A DNA stretch of 64,000 nucleotides from Carcharhinus longimanus (Eukaryota). Location of the stretch: the NCBI GenBank assembly GCA_030264375.1, contig JASCQW010000162.1, positions 60,200,445-60,264,444 on the forward strand, in the 5' to 3' direction. The notes under the pieces are model-generated. The model was given only the letters and a program-made list of their open reading frames with translations. It was not told where the DNA came from and ran no database searches. A program made the translations under genes and the position numbers. Below, one piece after another: positions 12,047-26,695 of this stretch (its first letter is position 1; every line of letters starts with the position of its first letter).

Positions 12047-13104
12047 GTGATTTTTTACTTTATGCGGTGTATCAGCTGCAGTTATATAAGGGAACCTGTG
12101 ATGTTTGCCTGCCTGAGAATTCACAGTGTGGCTGACAAGATAACATGATGTAATAACAAAAAGTGCTTTTTGGACTGTCTGTATCTTTTTTGCTGTAATT
12201 CAGTTGTCAGCTCAGCCAGTGTGACCACATGACTTATATCCTGGAATTCAGCAATAGACCAGTGAAAGCTTGGGTTATTTTTTGTTTTCGAGCATCATTG
12301 ATTATNNNNNNNNNNNNNNNNNNNNNNNNNNNNNNNNNNNNNNNNNNNNNNNNNNNNNNNNNNNNNNNNNNNNNNNNNNNNNNNNNNNNNNNNNNNNNNN
12401 NNNNNCGAGCATCATTGATTATAGTTAAATTCTACACTCACTTGGCCTTTGACATTTCATTCATCTTTCACAGTTCAAGACCTAGTCACACAGGAGTGCA
12501 AAGGATGGGAAAAGCAGTCTATGCAGCCACTCCAGTATCTCAAAATATATCTGACGATAGCTGTCATACCTCTATTAAACCTTCCTCCAAGTACTTAGCT
12601 GTCATTGTAGAAATAATTCTTAAAGGGCTGAGTATGCCAACAAATAAGTTTGCAAACCCAAATATTATTCAGTCTGGTATATTAATGAAGGTTAGTGAGG
12701 AAGGAGTGGTGAGAAACTGTATCAAAAGACTAGAAGGTGGAAAAAGGTAGGATGAGAAAGAGATATGCCAAGCAACTATCAGTTAGTTAGTTTCACCTTA
12801 GTAGGAAAATGACTAGAGGCCATGATTAGAGATAATATAACTAAATACATTGTAGGGTATGGCCTAACCATGATCACCAACACAGACTTGTGATTGTTTG
12901 ACTAATTTGTTGAATTTTTTGAAAGCACAATATGCTGAGTTCTGCAGGTACGATGACCCGAACATTCACTGAAATAGTTCTGATACTGGAGAAAACCAGC
13001 CTAAGCCCTTGACGCAAGTGGACTCAAAAAAAAATGCTGGAGGAATGATCACAATCATGGCTAGAGGTGGATTTTAAAGAGTGTCTTGAAGAAGTGAGGA
13101 GGTG

Positions 13105-13412
13105 CATAGAATATATAATCCCTACAGTGCAGAAGGAGGCCATTTAGTCCATCGAGCCTGCACCAACAACAATCCCACCCAGGCCCTATCCCTGTAACCC
13201 CTTGTGTTTACCTTGCTATTTCCCCACTGAGGGACAACTTATCGTGGCCAATCAACCTAAGCCACACATTGTCGGACTATGGGAGGAAACCAAAGCACCC
13301 AGAGAAAATCCACGCACACAGAGAATGTGCAAACTCCACACACTCACCCAGAATTGAACCTGGGTCCCTGGTGTTGTGAAGCAGTCGTGCTAACCACTGT
13401 GTTACTTTGCCA
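13105..13412 (-). mobile_element. HE1 SINE with CR1/HER1-type tail
   Basis: tRNA head, V-domain, and tail matching the CR1 3' end (ctacagtgcagaaggaggcc). Confidence 0.88.
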
Positions 13413-14284
13413 CCCAAAGGCAGAAAGGCATTAAAAGGAGATCTAAGGTGTGCTGCTTTGATGGCAGAAAGTATGAGCATCAGAGTGAAAGAAGAGGATG
13501 CACAAGAAATTAGAGTCAAGTGAATGGGAAGATAGAAAGAGACCATGCCTGCAAGGTACTTAGATACAAGGGTGCAAAATCTGTCAACAGATGAACGGTA
13601 GAAAGCATTTTGGATGGCAATCCTTTGTTAGAACATAAATCTATCTTTCCTCTTTGAGCTGCTAACTGATTTGTGCATTCCAACATTCACAGCTTTCTTT
13701 ATCTCCAGTTTTATGGAGAGTCTACTTAATCTGAGAAAAACGGATTCGTTTGTAGGAATCTGAATCTAAGCTATGGCTCAGTGGGTAATAGTCCTGCTTC
13801 GGAGTCAGAAGTTTGTAGGTTCAAGCCTCACTTCAGAGAGTTGTACACGAAAGTCTAAGCTTGCACTTCAAGGCAGAACTGAGGGAGTGCCACATGGTCA
13901 GAGGTGCAGTCTTTTACACTCACCATCTGATGTCCCAGACTGCTCCATCATCATTCCTGAGTATGTCATGTTTCATTGGAAGAATAGACCTGCCAGAGGT
14001 GGTCACACAGTGACATAGAATTGAGAGGGAGTTGCCATGNNNNNNNNNNNNNNNNNNNNNNNNNNNNNNNNNNNNNNNNNNNNNNNNNNNNNNNNNNNNN
14101 NNNNNNNNNNNNNNNNNNNNNNNNNNNNNNNNNNNCAGGTCCCTCTGCACCATAGCATGCTGCAGCTTTTCGCCTTTTAAATAATAATCCCTCCTACTAT
14201 TATTTCTGCCATAGTCTCTGTGTGGAACTCAACTTCCATAATCCAGAGTGGCTCACTTATACCAGAACTGATCAAGTGCAGAGA

Positions 14285-14580
14285 AAAGTAAAGTTTATTT
14301 ATTAGTCATAAGCAGACTTACATTAACACTGTAATGAAGTTACTCTGAAAATCCCCTGGTCGTCACATTCCGGTGCCTGTTTGGATACACGGAGAATTTA
14401 GCATGGTCAATGCACCTAACCAACACGTCTTTTAGACTGTGGGACGAAACTGGAGAAACCCATGCAGACGTGGAGAGAATATGCAAACTCTACACGGGCA
14501 GCGACCCAAGCCGGGAATCGAACCTGGGTGCCTGGCACTGTGAGGCAGCAGCGCCAACCACTGTGCCACCATGCCACCCC
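14285..14580 (-). mobile_element. HE1-family SINE
   Basis: Same subfamily as the 8668 and 55905 copies (tail aaagtttatttattagt). Confidence 0.9.
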
Positions 14581-14859
14581 ACTTAAGGACTTATCTGCCA
14601 GACTGGGCTAGCTGCAGGTGATGAAAGAATAAACAAGAGGGAAAAGCTTACTTGGCCTTGGTCTCACCAACCTATATCTCGCAGATCCAAGGCATTATTA
14701 GTAAGAGTGACCGCTGCACAGTCATTGTGGAAATGAAATCCATTCTTCACACTGAGGATAATCCATTGTGTTGTGTGGCACTATCAAATGGGATAGGTTT
14801 TGGAAGCTCAAAACTGGGCATCCACGAAGTATTGTCAGTCATCAGTGACAGCGGCAGAA

Positions 14860-16395
14860 TTGTATTCAACCAGAATTTGTAATCTCATGGTTCAAAATAT
14901 CTTTCACTAGTATTACTATCAAGCCAGGAGATCAGTCCTGGTTCAATGAAGAATGCAGAAGGGAATGCCAGGGAGCAGCATTAGATATACTAGAAATGAG
15001 GTGCCAACGTGCTGAAGCTACAAAAGAGGACCATATCTATGATAAACAGCGGAAACATGTGTGATAGACAGAGCTAAGTGATTTTACAACCAACAGATTA
15101 TCATAGCACATCAGTCATGTATGGTGAAAAATTTAAGAACTAAGCAGAGAAGATCCCATAAATATCCCAATGCTTAATGATGAGGGGAGTCTATCATGTC
15201 CAAACGTGGATAAAAAAGCTGAATTCCAGGAGGAAGGTAAGAGTAATTGCCCTTGACATTAAAGCAGTATGTGACTAAGAGTGGCATCATGGAGCCCCAA
15301 CAAAGTTGAAGTCAATAGGAATCAAGAGGTAATCCCTCCACTGGTTGGAGTCATACCTACCAGAAAGGAAGATTGTCTTTGTTGTTGGAGGTCAGACATC
15401 TCAGTCCCAGGAGATTGTTACAGGAGTTCCTCGGGATAGTGCCTTAGGCCAAACCATCTTGAGCTATTTCATCAATGCCCTTTCTTCCATCATAAGATCA
15501 GAAATAGGGATGTTCACTGCTGACTAAATGGTTATTTAGTACCACTCATAATTCATGAAGCAGTCTGTGTCCATTTGCAGCAAGCCCCAGACAGCATTCA
15601 GGATTGGATTGACAACTGAGAATTACCATCTGTGCCAAGCAATGACCATCTCCAACACCAGAGAATCTAACCATCTCTTACTGACATTCATCCATTACTA
15701 TAGCTGAATTCCCCACTATCAACATCCTGGGGTTACCATTGACCAGATACTTAACTGGATCAGCCAAATAAGCACTATGGCTACAAAAACAGATCAGAGG
15801 TTGGGAATTTTGTATTTTGTAACTCTCCTCCTTTCTCCCTTAGGCCTGTTCACCAAGGCAGAAAGTCAGGAGTGTGATGAAATTATCTCCACTTGCCTGG
15901 ATAAGTACAGTTCCAACAATATTCAAGAAATGCAAAATTATCCAGGACAAAGTAGCCCACTTTGTTAACACCATTTCTACCACCTTCAACATTCCTTCCA
16001 ACCCTGTTCCCCCATCACCAGGGCACAATGGCAAGAGTGTATACCATCTATAAGCTGCACTGTCACAACTCACCATGGCTCATTCAGCAGCATCTTCTGA
16101 ACCCACAACATGTACCACTACGAACAAGGTCAGCGAACACATGGCAACACCACGACCTGTTAGTGCCCCTCTGGGCCACACTTCATTCTGACTTAGAACA
16201 TTATCACCATCCCTCTGCTGTCAAAGTGTCAAAATTTTGGACATACCTTCCAACAGCACTGTGGGTGTACCTACATCGGAAGGCTGGAGGGGTTCAATAA
16301 GGCAGCTCACCACCGCCTTCTCAGTGGCAATGAAGGATTAACAACATATATTGGCCCTGCCAGCCTGCTCACATTCCATGAAAAATTTTTAAAAA
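14860..16395 (+). mobile_element. Degenerate CR1/L2-superfamily LINE (second family)
   Basis: RT remnant ESYLPERKIVFVVGGQTSQSQEIVTGVPRDSALG; related to the 31150 and 38120 copies. Confidence 0.8.
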
Positions 16396-17424
16396 GATGT
16401 TATCCCCGATGGTTTGATAGATTTGTACTGCCCTTGTGACACAAGATCCTAGAATTCTCATCCAAACAGAACGGCCTTGATTCTGAGACTGCACCTTTAA
16501 TATGGGTGTGCTCAAGAATTTGTGACAGCTGTTTTGAGCTTGTTTATATAACCAATGCTAATGTCATGTACAGGCCTTGGTTAAATATGTCATGTGGCCA
16601 AATCAGGTCTTGCCAAATTTCATGAATTCAGATGAGGCTTCACCTAATGGTTAATCTCACCAGTAAAAACATGTCTCCAGACAACCTGCTGTTGTTTTTG
16701 GTGCATTATCAACTTTTTTTGGCCTTCGGAGAATGTTGATGGTCATTTTATGATCATCATTGAAGATTATTTGGGTCCCCAATGCTGCTTTTTGCACTAT
16801 CATTGCATTTGTGGTCGAAAATTGGTGGACAATAAATAACTAACTGGAGGAAGAGGCTGCATAAATATCCCACAGATAAATTTATGTGATATATATATCA
16901 CAGATGCCAGCAAAAATTGCACTTTAAACCTGATTGAAATCTATCAATAAGGTATCCTACTCGGCAAGATGCCCACCACTGTAACTGAGCTCGTACATGG
17001 AAGATTGGGAACGTACTTTATGGACATGAAAGTTCACTGTGCTTTTCACTAATTGTGTTTAATTGGTGGTGGACATTAACTGGTAATTCCTTTGAATCAC
17101 TATCGGTCAAAACACACTGAAACTGTGGTTGTTGTGTTCAGAGGTATATGCAATGTGTAACTCTGAAAATAAATATAAAAATGGGTAAAAGATTGACTCC
17201 AGTTCAGTCCTTGCCAATTGACTTTCTGGAGAAGAACACTGTATTTGCCCTGTTCATCAATTTCTCTTATGGCTTGTTCCTTCCATTTATCACATCCTGG
17301 CTTATTAATGCATTCCATAGTTTTTCTGATAGTCTCTCCTCCCCTGCTGAAACACAGATTGGATGCTGCCATCCAGTTCCTTAGCCATTTTTCAGATGTG
17401 AACCTAGAATGTTAGCAGCCTGTC

Positions 17425-17685
17425 CACTATGAAGAAGGGGATTGGGGGAGTAGAATCATGACTGAACCGAATCTTGTTCTCATTTGATATCTACATATTG
17501 TACTTTCCAACAGGGACCACTGAGTAGTGATTTGAAGCAGGATGTAGAGCTGAAGTTTGCTAAGGATAACTGGAATGTCCCACTCTGGACCCAGATGACA
17601 TAAGCTAACCCAGCACAAGCTGGGGATCAAACCTGGTGTCTTGCTCAGTTATATAGCTTTGTTAACTGTGGGCACTGAGCCATTT
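17425..17685 (-). mobile_element. Ancient tRNA-headed SINE with core cctgYtggaaagt...gtggaYRt...tgaggacag (related pieces ~10540-10750, 47930-47980, 61130-61255)
   Basis: Head ggctcagtg...ccaggtttgatcccc on the minus strand; core recurs in the window; family not named. Confidence 0.55.
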
Positions 17686-18974
17686 AAGGAGTTCTAATTT
17701 GCATAAACCTTATTTTAACACAGAGGATCACTTGGGAATGGAGTTGTTGAGGAGATGAAAATTTGTTCTATTTTATCTGTCGTGGCCACACTTCTTGAGA
17801 TTCTTGTTTTGTCCTCTTATGTTCTGCTTTAATTGTCCCCTCTTTGGTCCGTTTGGTTGACATTTTGCCTTGGCACTACTTTGGAGTTCACCAGTAAGTG
17901 TGCATCATAATCTGATTTTATAAAAATGTGTTGCAAATAGATGGCTTGCCTGAAGGGGTATTGCAGCTGACAACATTATGGAGATTATGGCTTTAAAGTA
18001 AATGAGCTCACTATATTGGCATTGTGCTTTTGTCACTCCCCAACCAAATACGGTGCAGTGTGCAGTATTTTGAAAATCTCTAACATAAAACTATTTATGG
18101 CACTTACTAACACATTCTTACTGATGTTTTGAGTGCATTAAAATAATTCAACTTTTCAGAATCCCTTCTAACATATCTACTCTGAACCACTAGTGTTGAA
18201 TCTGTTGTTCACACTGTTAAAATCTGCAGTCATGAGAAATGCTTAAAGGCTGACATTTACTGGAAAATTCCCTTCTGACTGTTTAGTGCCATCTACAAAT
18301 TCACACGGTATAAATTTAGCTTTCCAGCTCCCAGGGCCAAAGGCCCCAGTCACTTGGCAGCTATCTAAAAACAAACAAGAATGTAGTGTACTCAAGCAGG
18401 AAGCGCTTGAGAGGAAGAGTGCTCCAGCTCAAACCCTCTGATTCTCATACCCAGCCCGGAGAGATGTAGGATAGCCCTCTTATTATGATATCTGATACAG
18501 GGGACAATCCTTATTTATCATGATAACCCTTGCATTATATTCAGCACAGCAGAATTCTCCTTCCATTGAGACTATCTACAAGGTGGTGTAGCATTTATTC
18601 CTTTTCCCCTTGGACCTCGCTGTGAGGACACAACCCCACCCATTACACCTTTATAATATGGATATTGGGTTATACCTTTCCATTGATCATATTTATGGGA
18701 TAATACTGCCCCACTACTCTGACATTTAGAGGATTGTGGTCCTACCCTGTTTCTCCCCGCAATTGATCTCCCCATAAGATAAATGTGGAGTTGTACCCCT
18801 CCATTAATCTCTCAGTCGTATAACTGTTGGGTAATAACTCCCATTTATCTCTCAGCTGGAAGTGTGGGCTCATCCTACCTCATTGTAATGGGGTTTGGAG
18901 CCAATATTACTACTTTGGTCACTCTCACATGCAATGGTGCATTTTCAATGACAGACTTGTATTTTTTTTTGTAG

Positions 18975-19055
18975 TCCATCATATTTGATGAAGTGGATTT
19001 AACAGATGCCAGTGTCGCAGAATCCAGCACGAAAAATGTTAACAACAGTTTTACA
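18975..19055 (+). CDS. DGKD: DGKD coding exon (PH domain), probably exon 3
   Basis: tttttgtag|TCC...ACA|gtgagt; 81 nt, phase 0/0; [27 protein letters not shown], delta-type rather than eta-type as I recall them. Confidence 0.95.
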
Positions 19056-19574
19056 GTGAGTAGCTCTGACACGAGTCGTATTTAGCAAGAATTTGATTGC
19101 ATCCAATAATGTTACTGACAATGGTTGCATATTAATAATGAGCACAGGTAGCATGGATGTTTGATTATTTATCAGACAGTTTGTTAAGTAGTGACACAAA
19201 TGGCAGCAGTTGAAATTTGTTTTAAATGTATTAATTGCATTGGCTGATTAAGTTCCATGCTGAAGAGGGACCTTGAATTTATGTAGTACCTATTAGGTCC
19301 CAGGATATACCAAAGCATTTCACATTTAAAGAATAACTTTTGAAGTGCAGCCACTGTTGCATTGTAGGCTGAGATGGGTTCAATTTTTATACAGGAAGGT
19401 CCTACAAATAGATAAGTAGATAAATTATCAGATAATCTATTTTAATGATGTTCGTTCAGACACAAAATGTTGGCAAGAACTGCTGCTGATTTGGCTTAAG
19501 TTCTTCAGCTAGAAGTTTACTTTAAATTCTGGATTAATTCTCTTTCTTGTCAAAGAGGTTGGATTTAATAAACT

Positions 19575-20240
19575 AGGATGTGGGGTAGGAAGATTACAAA
19601 GTTTGGCTGTAGTGAGTTGAGATTAGTGTAGAAAGGTTAGTGAGTTTGGCTGTAGTGAGTTGGGATATAGGGTAGAAGGATTATTGAGTTTGAGTGTAGT
19701 GAGTTGGGATTTATGGTAGACATTTACTGAGTTTGGGTGTAGTGAGTTGGGATGTAAGGTAGATGGGTTACTGAGTTTGGTTGTGGTGAGTTGGAATGTT
19801 GACAGGTTGTAGAGGTTGGTGTAGCGAGCTGAGATGTTGGGGTAGAGGGGTTACAGATGTTGGGTGTCGTAAGTTAGGGTGAAGTGTAGAGGGTTACGGA
19901 GGTTGGTGTAGTGAGCTGCGATGTAGGATAGAGGGGTTACAGAGTTTGGACAAAGTAAGTTGGGATGTAGGGTTGAGGAGTTAGAAGTTTGGTGTAGTGA
20001 GTTGGGATGTAGACAGATTACAGAGGTTGGTGTAGTGAGCTGAGATATAGGGTAGAGGGGTTACAGATGTTGAGTGTAGTGAGCTGGGATGAAGGGTAGA
20101 GGGTTACAGATGTTGAGTGTAGTGAGCTGAGATTTAGGGCAGAGGGTTACATAGTTTGGGTGAAGTGAGTTGGGATGTAGGGTAGATTGGTTACAGAGGT
20201 TGGTGTAGTGAGCTGGGAATCAGAGTAGTGGGATTACAAA
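19575..20240. repeat. G/T-rich minisatellite, ~40-bp unit
   Basis: Repeated gggttacagagKttggtgtagtgagYtgggatgtagggtaga. Confidence 0.9.
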
Positions 20241-22334
20241 GTTACATTGGAGAAAGAGGTCCTGGAGAAATTTGGGGATTTTGAATTCACTTGCTTGAAA
20301 CCAGTAAACTAACCAAATAATATAAAAGATTTGCATATTTGAAAGGTGGAAATTCTGAACCAATTGGAATTTGTTATGATTGAGTGCTCGATAAAAGGGG
20401 ATATTTGAGAAGCTGGGTCTGCAACCGTTCATCAGGATTTTAGTAAGATTAAAGTGGATAAATGCAGACAGAAATTGACAGTTTTGGTGATAGAATGTTG
20501 GTTTGAAGCTCAGCTCCTATTCAAGGAGTTTTGGCATCGTAAGTCACCTTACTCAAACAGATAAAGATGGAAATGCAATTCCAGGCAAAAGTGCAGATGT
20601 TTAACAGGAAACAAATAACATGGCTTCAGTCTTCCTGGTGCCAATATCAGAAATATCTGACCAGATTTAAGTACAAGAAATACTAAAGACTGGTTTCTTT
20701 TTCCTGTTGTTGCTAATTGCCTCTGCTGTTAGACAATGTCTTGGACTTCATTTTGGATGAAGTGACAATGCAGCAACAGGAAGGTCAAACTGTTCCTCAG
20801 CATTTCTTATACCGTGATCTAACCAGAATTTCCAGTCTGATATTAATTCTTAGGAAGTCTCCCGACTCTGACTGTATTTTCCAGGAAACTCAACTTTATT
20901 TGGGATTTCATAACAGATGTAGTGGAATTATTTGCTGTTCAGACATTTCCTGGTTTCCATCTTTTCCAACATGGTCTTTCATTAGGCAAGTGTCAGAAAA
21001 TCTGTGCCTTTTGATGTTGTTTCCATTCAAATGTATAGACTTGCCTGTATAGACTTGTCTGCTGTTAATTGTATATTAAATGTGCTTAATTGAGTGCTGG
21101 TGATCGGCATTAACTGTGTTTTCATTTGAGCATATATAAAGAGGTACTTATTGAAACTGTAGCATGGTGGAGGTAGGAGGTGTAAACTTGCAACATTTAA
21201 CTCGGTAAATAAATATAGAAGATTGACTCCAATACAGCCATACACCAGATAAAAGGTAAAATTAACAATCCCCTGTGAGCAATCCTTAATCACACTATTT
21301 TGGTGCTTCTTATCAAACTGACTAAATTTTGGGAACTTATGGATATAAAACAGAAGTAAGGCAAGAAATGAAAAGCTAGTAATTTGATTACACACACAGG
21401 GCAGTGTGTGATTGATTCCGATCCTGCAAGCAAATTGGCTTACATGTATCAATCTAAACAACTGAGGTGAATGCATCTGTGTCCCAATCTTTGCTTAGAT
21501 TAGTGACATGGTGCAGAGGTGAACACTGGCAGTATTGTCCAAATAATCAAGCTGCTATAACATTGAAATGGGAGTCAGGCTGTTGCCCAAGCCATTCTAC
21601 CCCATGGGCTTGAATAACTTGAGCATTTTAAAGCACACTTTTGCCCTTTAGAACAAAATCATCCAGCTCACACTCCCCCTCCCCCACAAACAGTTCTTTG
21701 CTGACCAAATTGACATAGCTTTCAGTTAATGCCAGACATTGAAAGAAGTATCAGGTGAATAGCACCAATAATACCAACTGCCACACGCTTGTTTTATTAC
21801 CTGGGACATCCAGACTTCTAATCACAGAGACAAGTTTCATGAGTTTCTATTACAGGAGAACACAAACTATCCCCTTGCTGAGGGGTTCAGAATATTTGCG
21901 GTCTACACTAATGCAGAAATCACCAGTCCAGTTGGAACAGAATCGAAGATAAACATATTGAGCAATGAAAAACTATATGGCTTGGGTTTCTCCAGGCATC
22001 TCCTTTGCTGTTACTTGCTATCAACAATTATCCACCAAGGTTTGAAGTGTCAGTGCAGCAGGTTTCTTTGCACTGTTGGAAGGCAACCACTTGGAATTGC
22101 TTAGGTGCTTTCATTGAGCACTATGGCCTGCTTCAAAGTGGCTATAATGTTTTTGACCAAAGCTTTTTCACTTTTCTTAGTTGGCTTTATTGTCTGAAAC
22201 TTTCAAATACTTGATACACATTTATTTTCTCTGAGTCCCTCTTAACCTGTCTTCTGACATGACAGAACATTCAGTTGTATAAGTCTTCACCATGTTGAAA
22301 GGCACTCACTGCCAGCTCCTCCCCAAGTCACATG

Positions 22335-23176
22335 AACCATAGAACACTACAGTGCAGAAAGAGGCCCTTTGGCCCATCGAGTCTGCACCGACCACAATCC
22401 CACCCAGGCCCTACCCCCACATCCCTAAATATTTTACCCTCTAATCCCTCTAACCTAAGCATCTGAGGACACTAAGGGGCAATTTTAGCATTGCCAATCA
22501 ACCTAACCTGCACATCTTTGGACTGTGGGAGGAAACCGGAGCNNNNNNNNNNNNNNNNNNNNNNNNNNNNNNNNNNNNNNNNNNNNNNNNNNNNNNNNNN
22601 NNNNNNNNNNNNNNNNNNNNNNNNNNNNNNNNNNNNNNNNNNNNNNNNNNNNNNNNNNNNNNNNNNNNNNNNNNNNNNNNNNNNNNNNNNNNNNNNNNNN
22701 NNNNNNNNNNNNNNNNNNNNNNNNNNNNNNNNNNNNNNNNNNNNNNNNNNNNNNNNNNNNNNNNNNNNNNNNNNNNNNNNNNNNNNNNNNNNNNNNNNNN
22801 NNNNNNNNNNNNNNNNNNNNNNNNNNNNNNNNNNNNNNNNNNNNNNNNNNNNNNNNNNNNNNNNNNNNNNNNNNNNNNNNNNNNNNNNNNNNNNNNNNNN
22901 NNNNNNNNNNNNNNNNNNNNNNNNNNNNNNNNNNNNNNNNNNNNNNNNNNNNNNNNNNNNNNNNNNNNNNNNNNNNNNNNNNNNNNNNNNNNNNNNNNNN
23001 NCCTAACCTGCACATCTTTGGACTGTGGGAGGAAACCGGAGCACCCGGAGGAAACCCACGCAGACACAAGGAGAATGTACAAACTCCACATAGACAGTGA
23101 CCTGAGCCGGGAATCGAACCCTGGTGCCTGGAACCGTGAAGCAGCAGTGCTAACTGCTGTGCTACCGTGCTGCCCC
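22335..23176 (-). mobile_element. HE1 SINE split by an N gap with duplicated flanks
   Basis: cctaacctgcacatctttggactgtgggaggaaaccggagc occurs on both sides of the gap. Confidence 0.9.
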
Positions 23177-26100
23177 TAGTGTGCTTAATGTCATTGTGCG
23201 ACCACCAACACAACATTCAAGAGGCAGCCCTCCCATCACCTTTTCAGTTCAGGCAATATATGTGTCTTGCTGAGATGGCTCCTCTTCATTCCAATGTGCT
23301 TGAGATCTGCTCTATATATTTCTTGTGATTTTCTTCCTCACTCCCTTGTGATTGCTCTTCACTATTCTCTGTCATAGAGATTGTTGTTGTTGCCAATGCT
23401 AGAAATCAGCACACGTCAATCCCCAGCTAAAATTAGACCAAGAGGAACAAAGAGGATGATTTAAGAGTCAGGATAACACAAGCCTTGGTACTGTAGTGAA
23501 AAGACTCATTTGTCTTTTGTACTGCACAGTACTCATGAAGCCTTTCACTCCCTGTCAGCACTTGAATTGCTCTGCTTTCTTTCTTTTTTGGAGACACAGA
23601 CAAGCTGGCTACAGGCACACATAGTATGATACAGAGACTGAGTCAGTGGAATGGGAAATAGAACAGTGAAAATGAATCTTCACCTGACATCTTTGCTGCC
23701 TCTATATTTGCCATGGTAATGATATCTCTCACTCTCACAGCTACCTATTGTATATCCTGTCAGCTGAATTCATTGTGTAGCAAGAATTGCCATGACAAAA
23801 TCAGACCTATTCAGGGCAGCAGAAAAAGAAGCAGGAGTAATTCTGATTTGGGAAAATTAAAGAGCTAAGAACCAACCAAACTGCCTGGGAAAGGAGTTCT
23901 GCTTTTTTTCCCCTCCTCCCTCCAGTCTCTGCCTGACACACTTTGTTCTATTCTCACTGATAAACTGCTCCATGCCTAAATGGATCTTCTACACCATACT
24001 TGCTGGTTTCTATCCTGGTCATGTCTACAAGTTCCCACCCCAAGTGCTGTGGCGTTCATAACTGGCTCTTACGAAGCAGTTGCCTTAGAAACCTTATTCC
24101 TCTATCCCATTGCTTATCCTGCACCATATACTCAGCATTGTCTCCTATTCGGTTGTCCACCTTCTGCATGCCCACTATCTCCAGTCAGTCTTTTCTTAAC
24201 CCTCTGATATCCCACTTCTTTGTGCCTTCTCACTTGTTCCAGTGAGTTCTCTAGTTGTCCATTTGTGCACATCCATTTGCAAAATGTCTTTTCACTATCA
24301 GAAAAGTTTTACTCCTCCGCGATTTCTTTCTGGAAGAGCACATTGTCAGTCTGACAGTAGCATAGTTTACTGACAGCAGATCTTTTCTTAACAGTGAGAC
24401 ACCCCTACCAGTCTAGATTTATTACTCTGCCACTGTGATGCACTGCAGTGGTACTGTCATCTTGCCCTATTCCTCAAATTCCCTACTGTTCCATCACTTT
24501 TTCCAATGTTGTCCTCAGTCATTTTTTGATTTAGATAAATGACTATGCATCCATAGCAATTCAGAAGAGATAGCATTTATTCTCTTCATTGAAATTCTAT
24601 CATTTCCCTGACTTAGTAACAGACAGGCTGAAAAAAAAGTAACATTTGTTAATGGTGGAAGGAATTTTAGAGCAATGCGATATGATGTCCATATGTGTGT
24701 AAGCTGATTGTGTTCTTGCAGATGAGGCAGCACATTGACATTCAAAGCCAAAGTTATATAGAAAAAACTTTATTTTGTCTGTCGTGTGCCGAACCTGGCC
24801 TTGGTCTGTTCAATAGGGCAGCATTATGGAACCTATGCTCTGTGTCGAACCCAGACTGTACCTTTAATTCAGGATGGTTGCTGTAGTGTTGTGGCATAAT
24901 AGGCTGCTCATTCACCCCTAAAATTCAACAAAAGTTTGAGCTCCTGATCTTATTTATATGGTTGGTTAGGTTTCAAGTATAGGTAAAAACCCATGTCAGG
25001 CTTTTGCAGCTTCTCGATGTAGCTATTAAAAAGAAAGGTATTGTGTTGAGCTGGGGTCATGGTGGGGACAATAATGAAAGTTTATGACAATGCAACAATT
25101 TTTTTATCCAAGTTGCAAACTAGCCCAGCCATGCTGTTAAGGGTTAAGCTTCAGTGTTCCAGGACTAGGATTTCCTGCTGTTTATGTTCCAACCTACTGG
25201 ACATAAACTCACTTCCTCATGTCATCCTGTTGGTGTTGACCGGGATGTAGTTTGAGACAAGAGGCCATCAACTCAGACAGAAACTCTTCGACTTGAAGAG
25301 GACAGGTGGAGATGAATTATTCCTTTGCAAGGTTACTAAACACAGTATATAGATGCAGCAGTTTCTAATGGATCATCTACTAAACTGTCACAGAAACCAC
25401 TCGAAAGGGCAGGTGCATGATTAAACATAGAAATCCAAAAGCTCCTGGCTCATTCATTCATGAAAATGACATTTTGTTGCCTGGCTTCCCACTCAAAACG
25501 TTCAGTGACATGACATTATATTTGTATTGTAGATATAAAATAAAATTACCACAAAGTTGTGACTTATCCATTTTAGTTTTTTTTTACTTTGTCTCTTTTT
25601 TACTCTTTACCATTTTTCCCTCTATTTCTCATTTTGGGTCTCATTTGACATTGAATTCATCCACTCTAACATGGACTTCCTAGTACAAACCTTCTGTCTA
25701 TTGCTCTCTCCTTGAATCCGATTGCTTTCGGGGGCAAGCAGTTGTACCTTACGCAGAGTTCAGATAGCCTATAAAGGTCACCACGCAGTTTTCATCTCTC
25801 ACTTCCGGCAAGTCATCATCAGCATTAAATAGATAAGGTCAAATCTAACAGCGTGTGTCACAGAAATCTTTGGGCCACAATCTCATAATACAGACAATTG
25901 TACCCTAAACTATACAAAACGAAGAATGAAAAAGTGACAGTGCACCTGAGGACACTTGTCAAGCTGACCACTTCTGTTAGCATTCTGCAGTGAAGTTAAA
26001 ATGTTTACGAAAGTAACAAGTTTGGAGATTAATTGATGAGTTTAAATTGAGCGTTTCTGGTTCCTAATATCATATTATCCCTTGAGTCACATATTTACTT

Positions 26101-26695
26101 TGCTTACCTTGCTATTCATATTCTGACAGGGTTGTGGAACCAGTAGTTCTTAGATTGCTATCCTTAAAGTTCTGATCATCTGTTAGTCTCCTAAATTCCT
26201 TAAATGTCAATTGCAGAATCTCAATAACAGGCAAATCAGCCTTTTGCCTTGCGGAGTTAGTAATGAAGAATAATCAGTTTATAATTATAACTAAGCGGAT
26301 GACGATATGAGGTTAGTAGAGATTTCTAGAAACATGTTGCTAAACCATAGGCCAATGCATTATTTATAGGAGAACCATATAAACATTTGATCCAGAAGGT
26401 AACAAGCTGTGGGGAGAAAACAGAGCAGAGGGATTAGTTTTGGATTGATGTAGCAAAGAGCCCGCACAGACGATGATGAGCTGACTGGTACATTTACAAA
26501 CTTAGATGGATCACTTGTGTCCAATCCTATTCATCAACTCTGTTATAATATTTTGTTGTTCCTCCAAGATCAGGAAGTCTCCAATATGATATGGTGTCCA
26601 TACACAGACACAAACTTATGAATTAGGAGTAAGCCATTCAGCCCCTTGAGCCTGCTGCACATTGAAAAAGGGCATGGTTGGTCTGATTGTAACCA

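Noticed and set aside
22491-23216. Long ORFs of 171-237 aa
   Set aside because: Read-through of an N run inside an HE1 SINE
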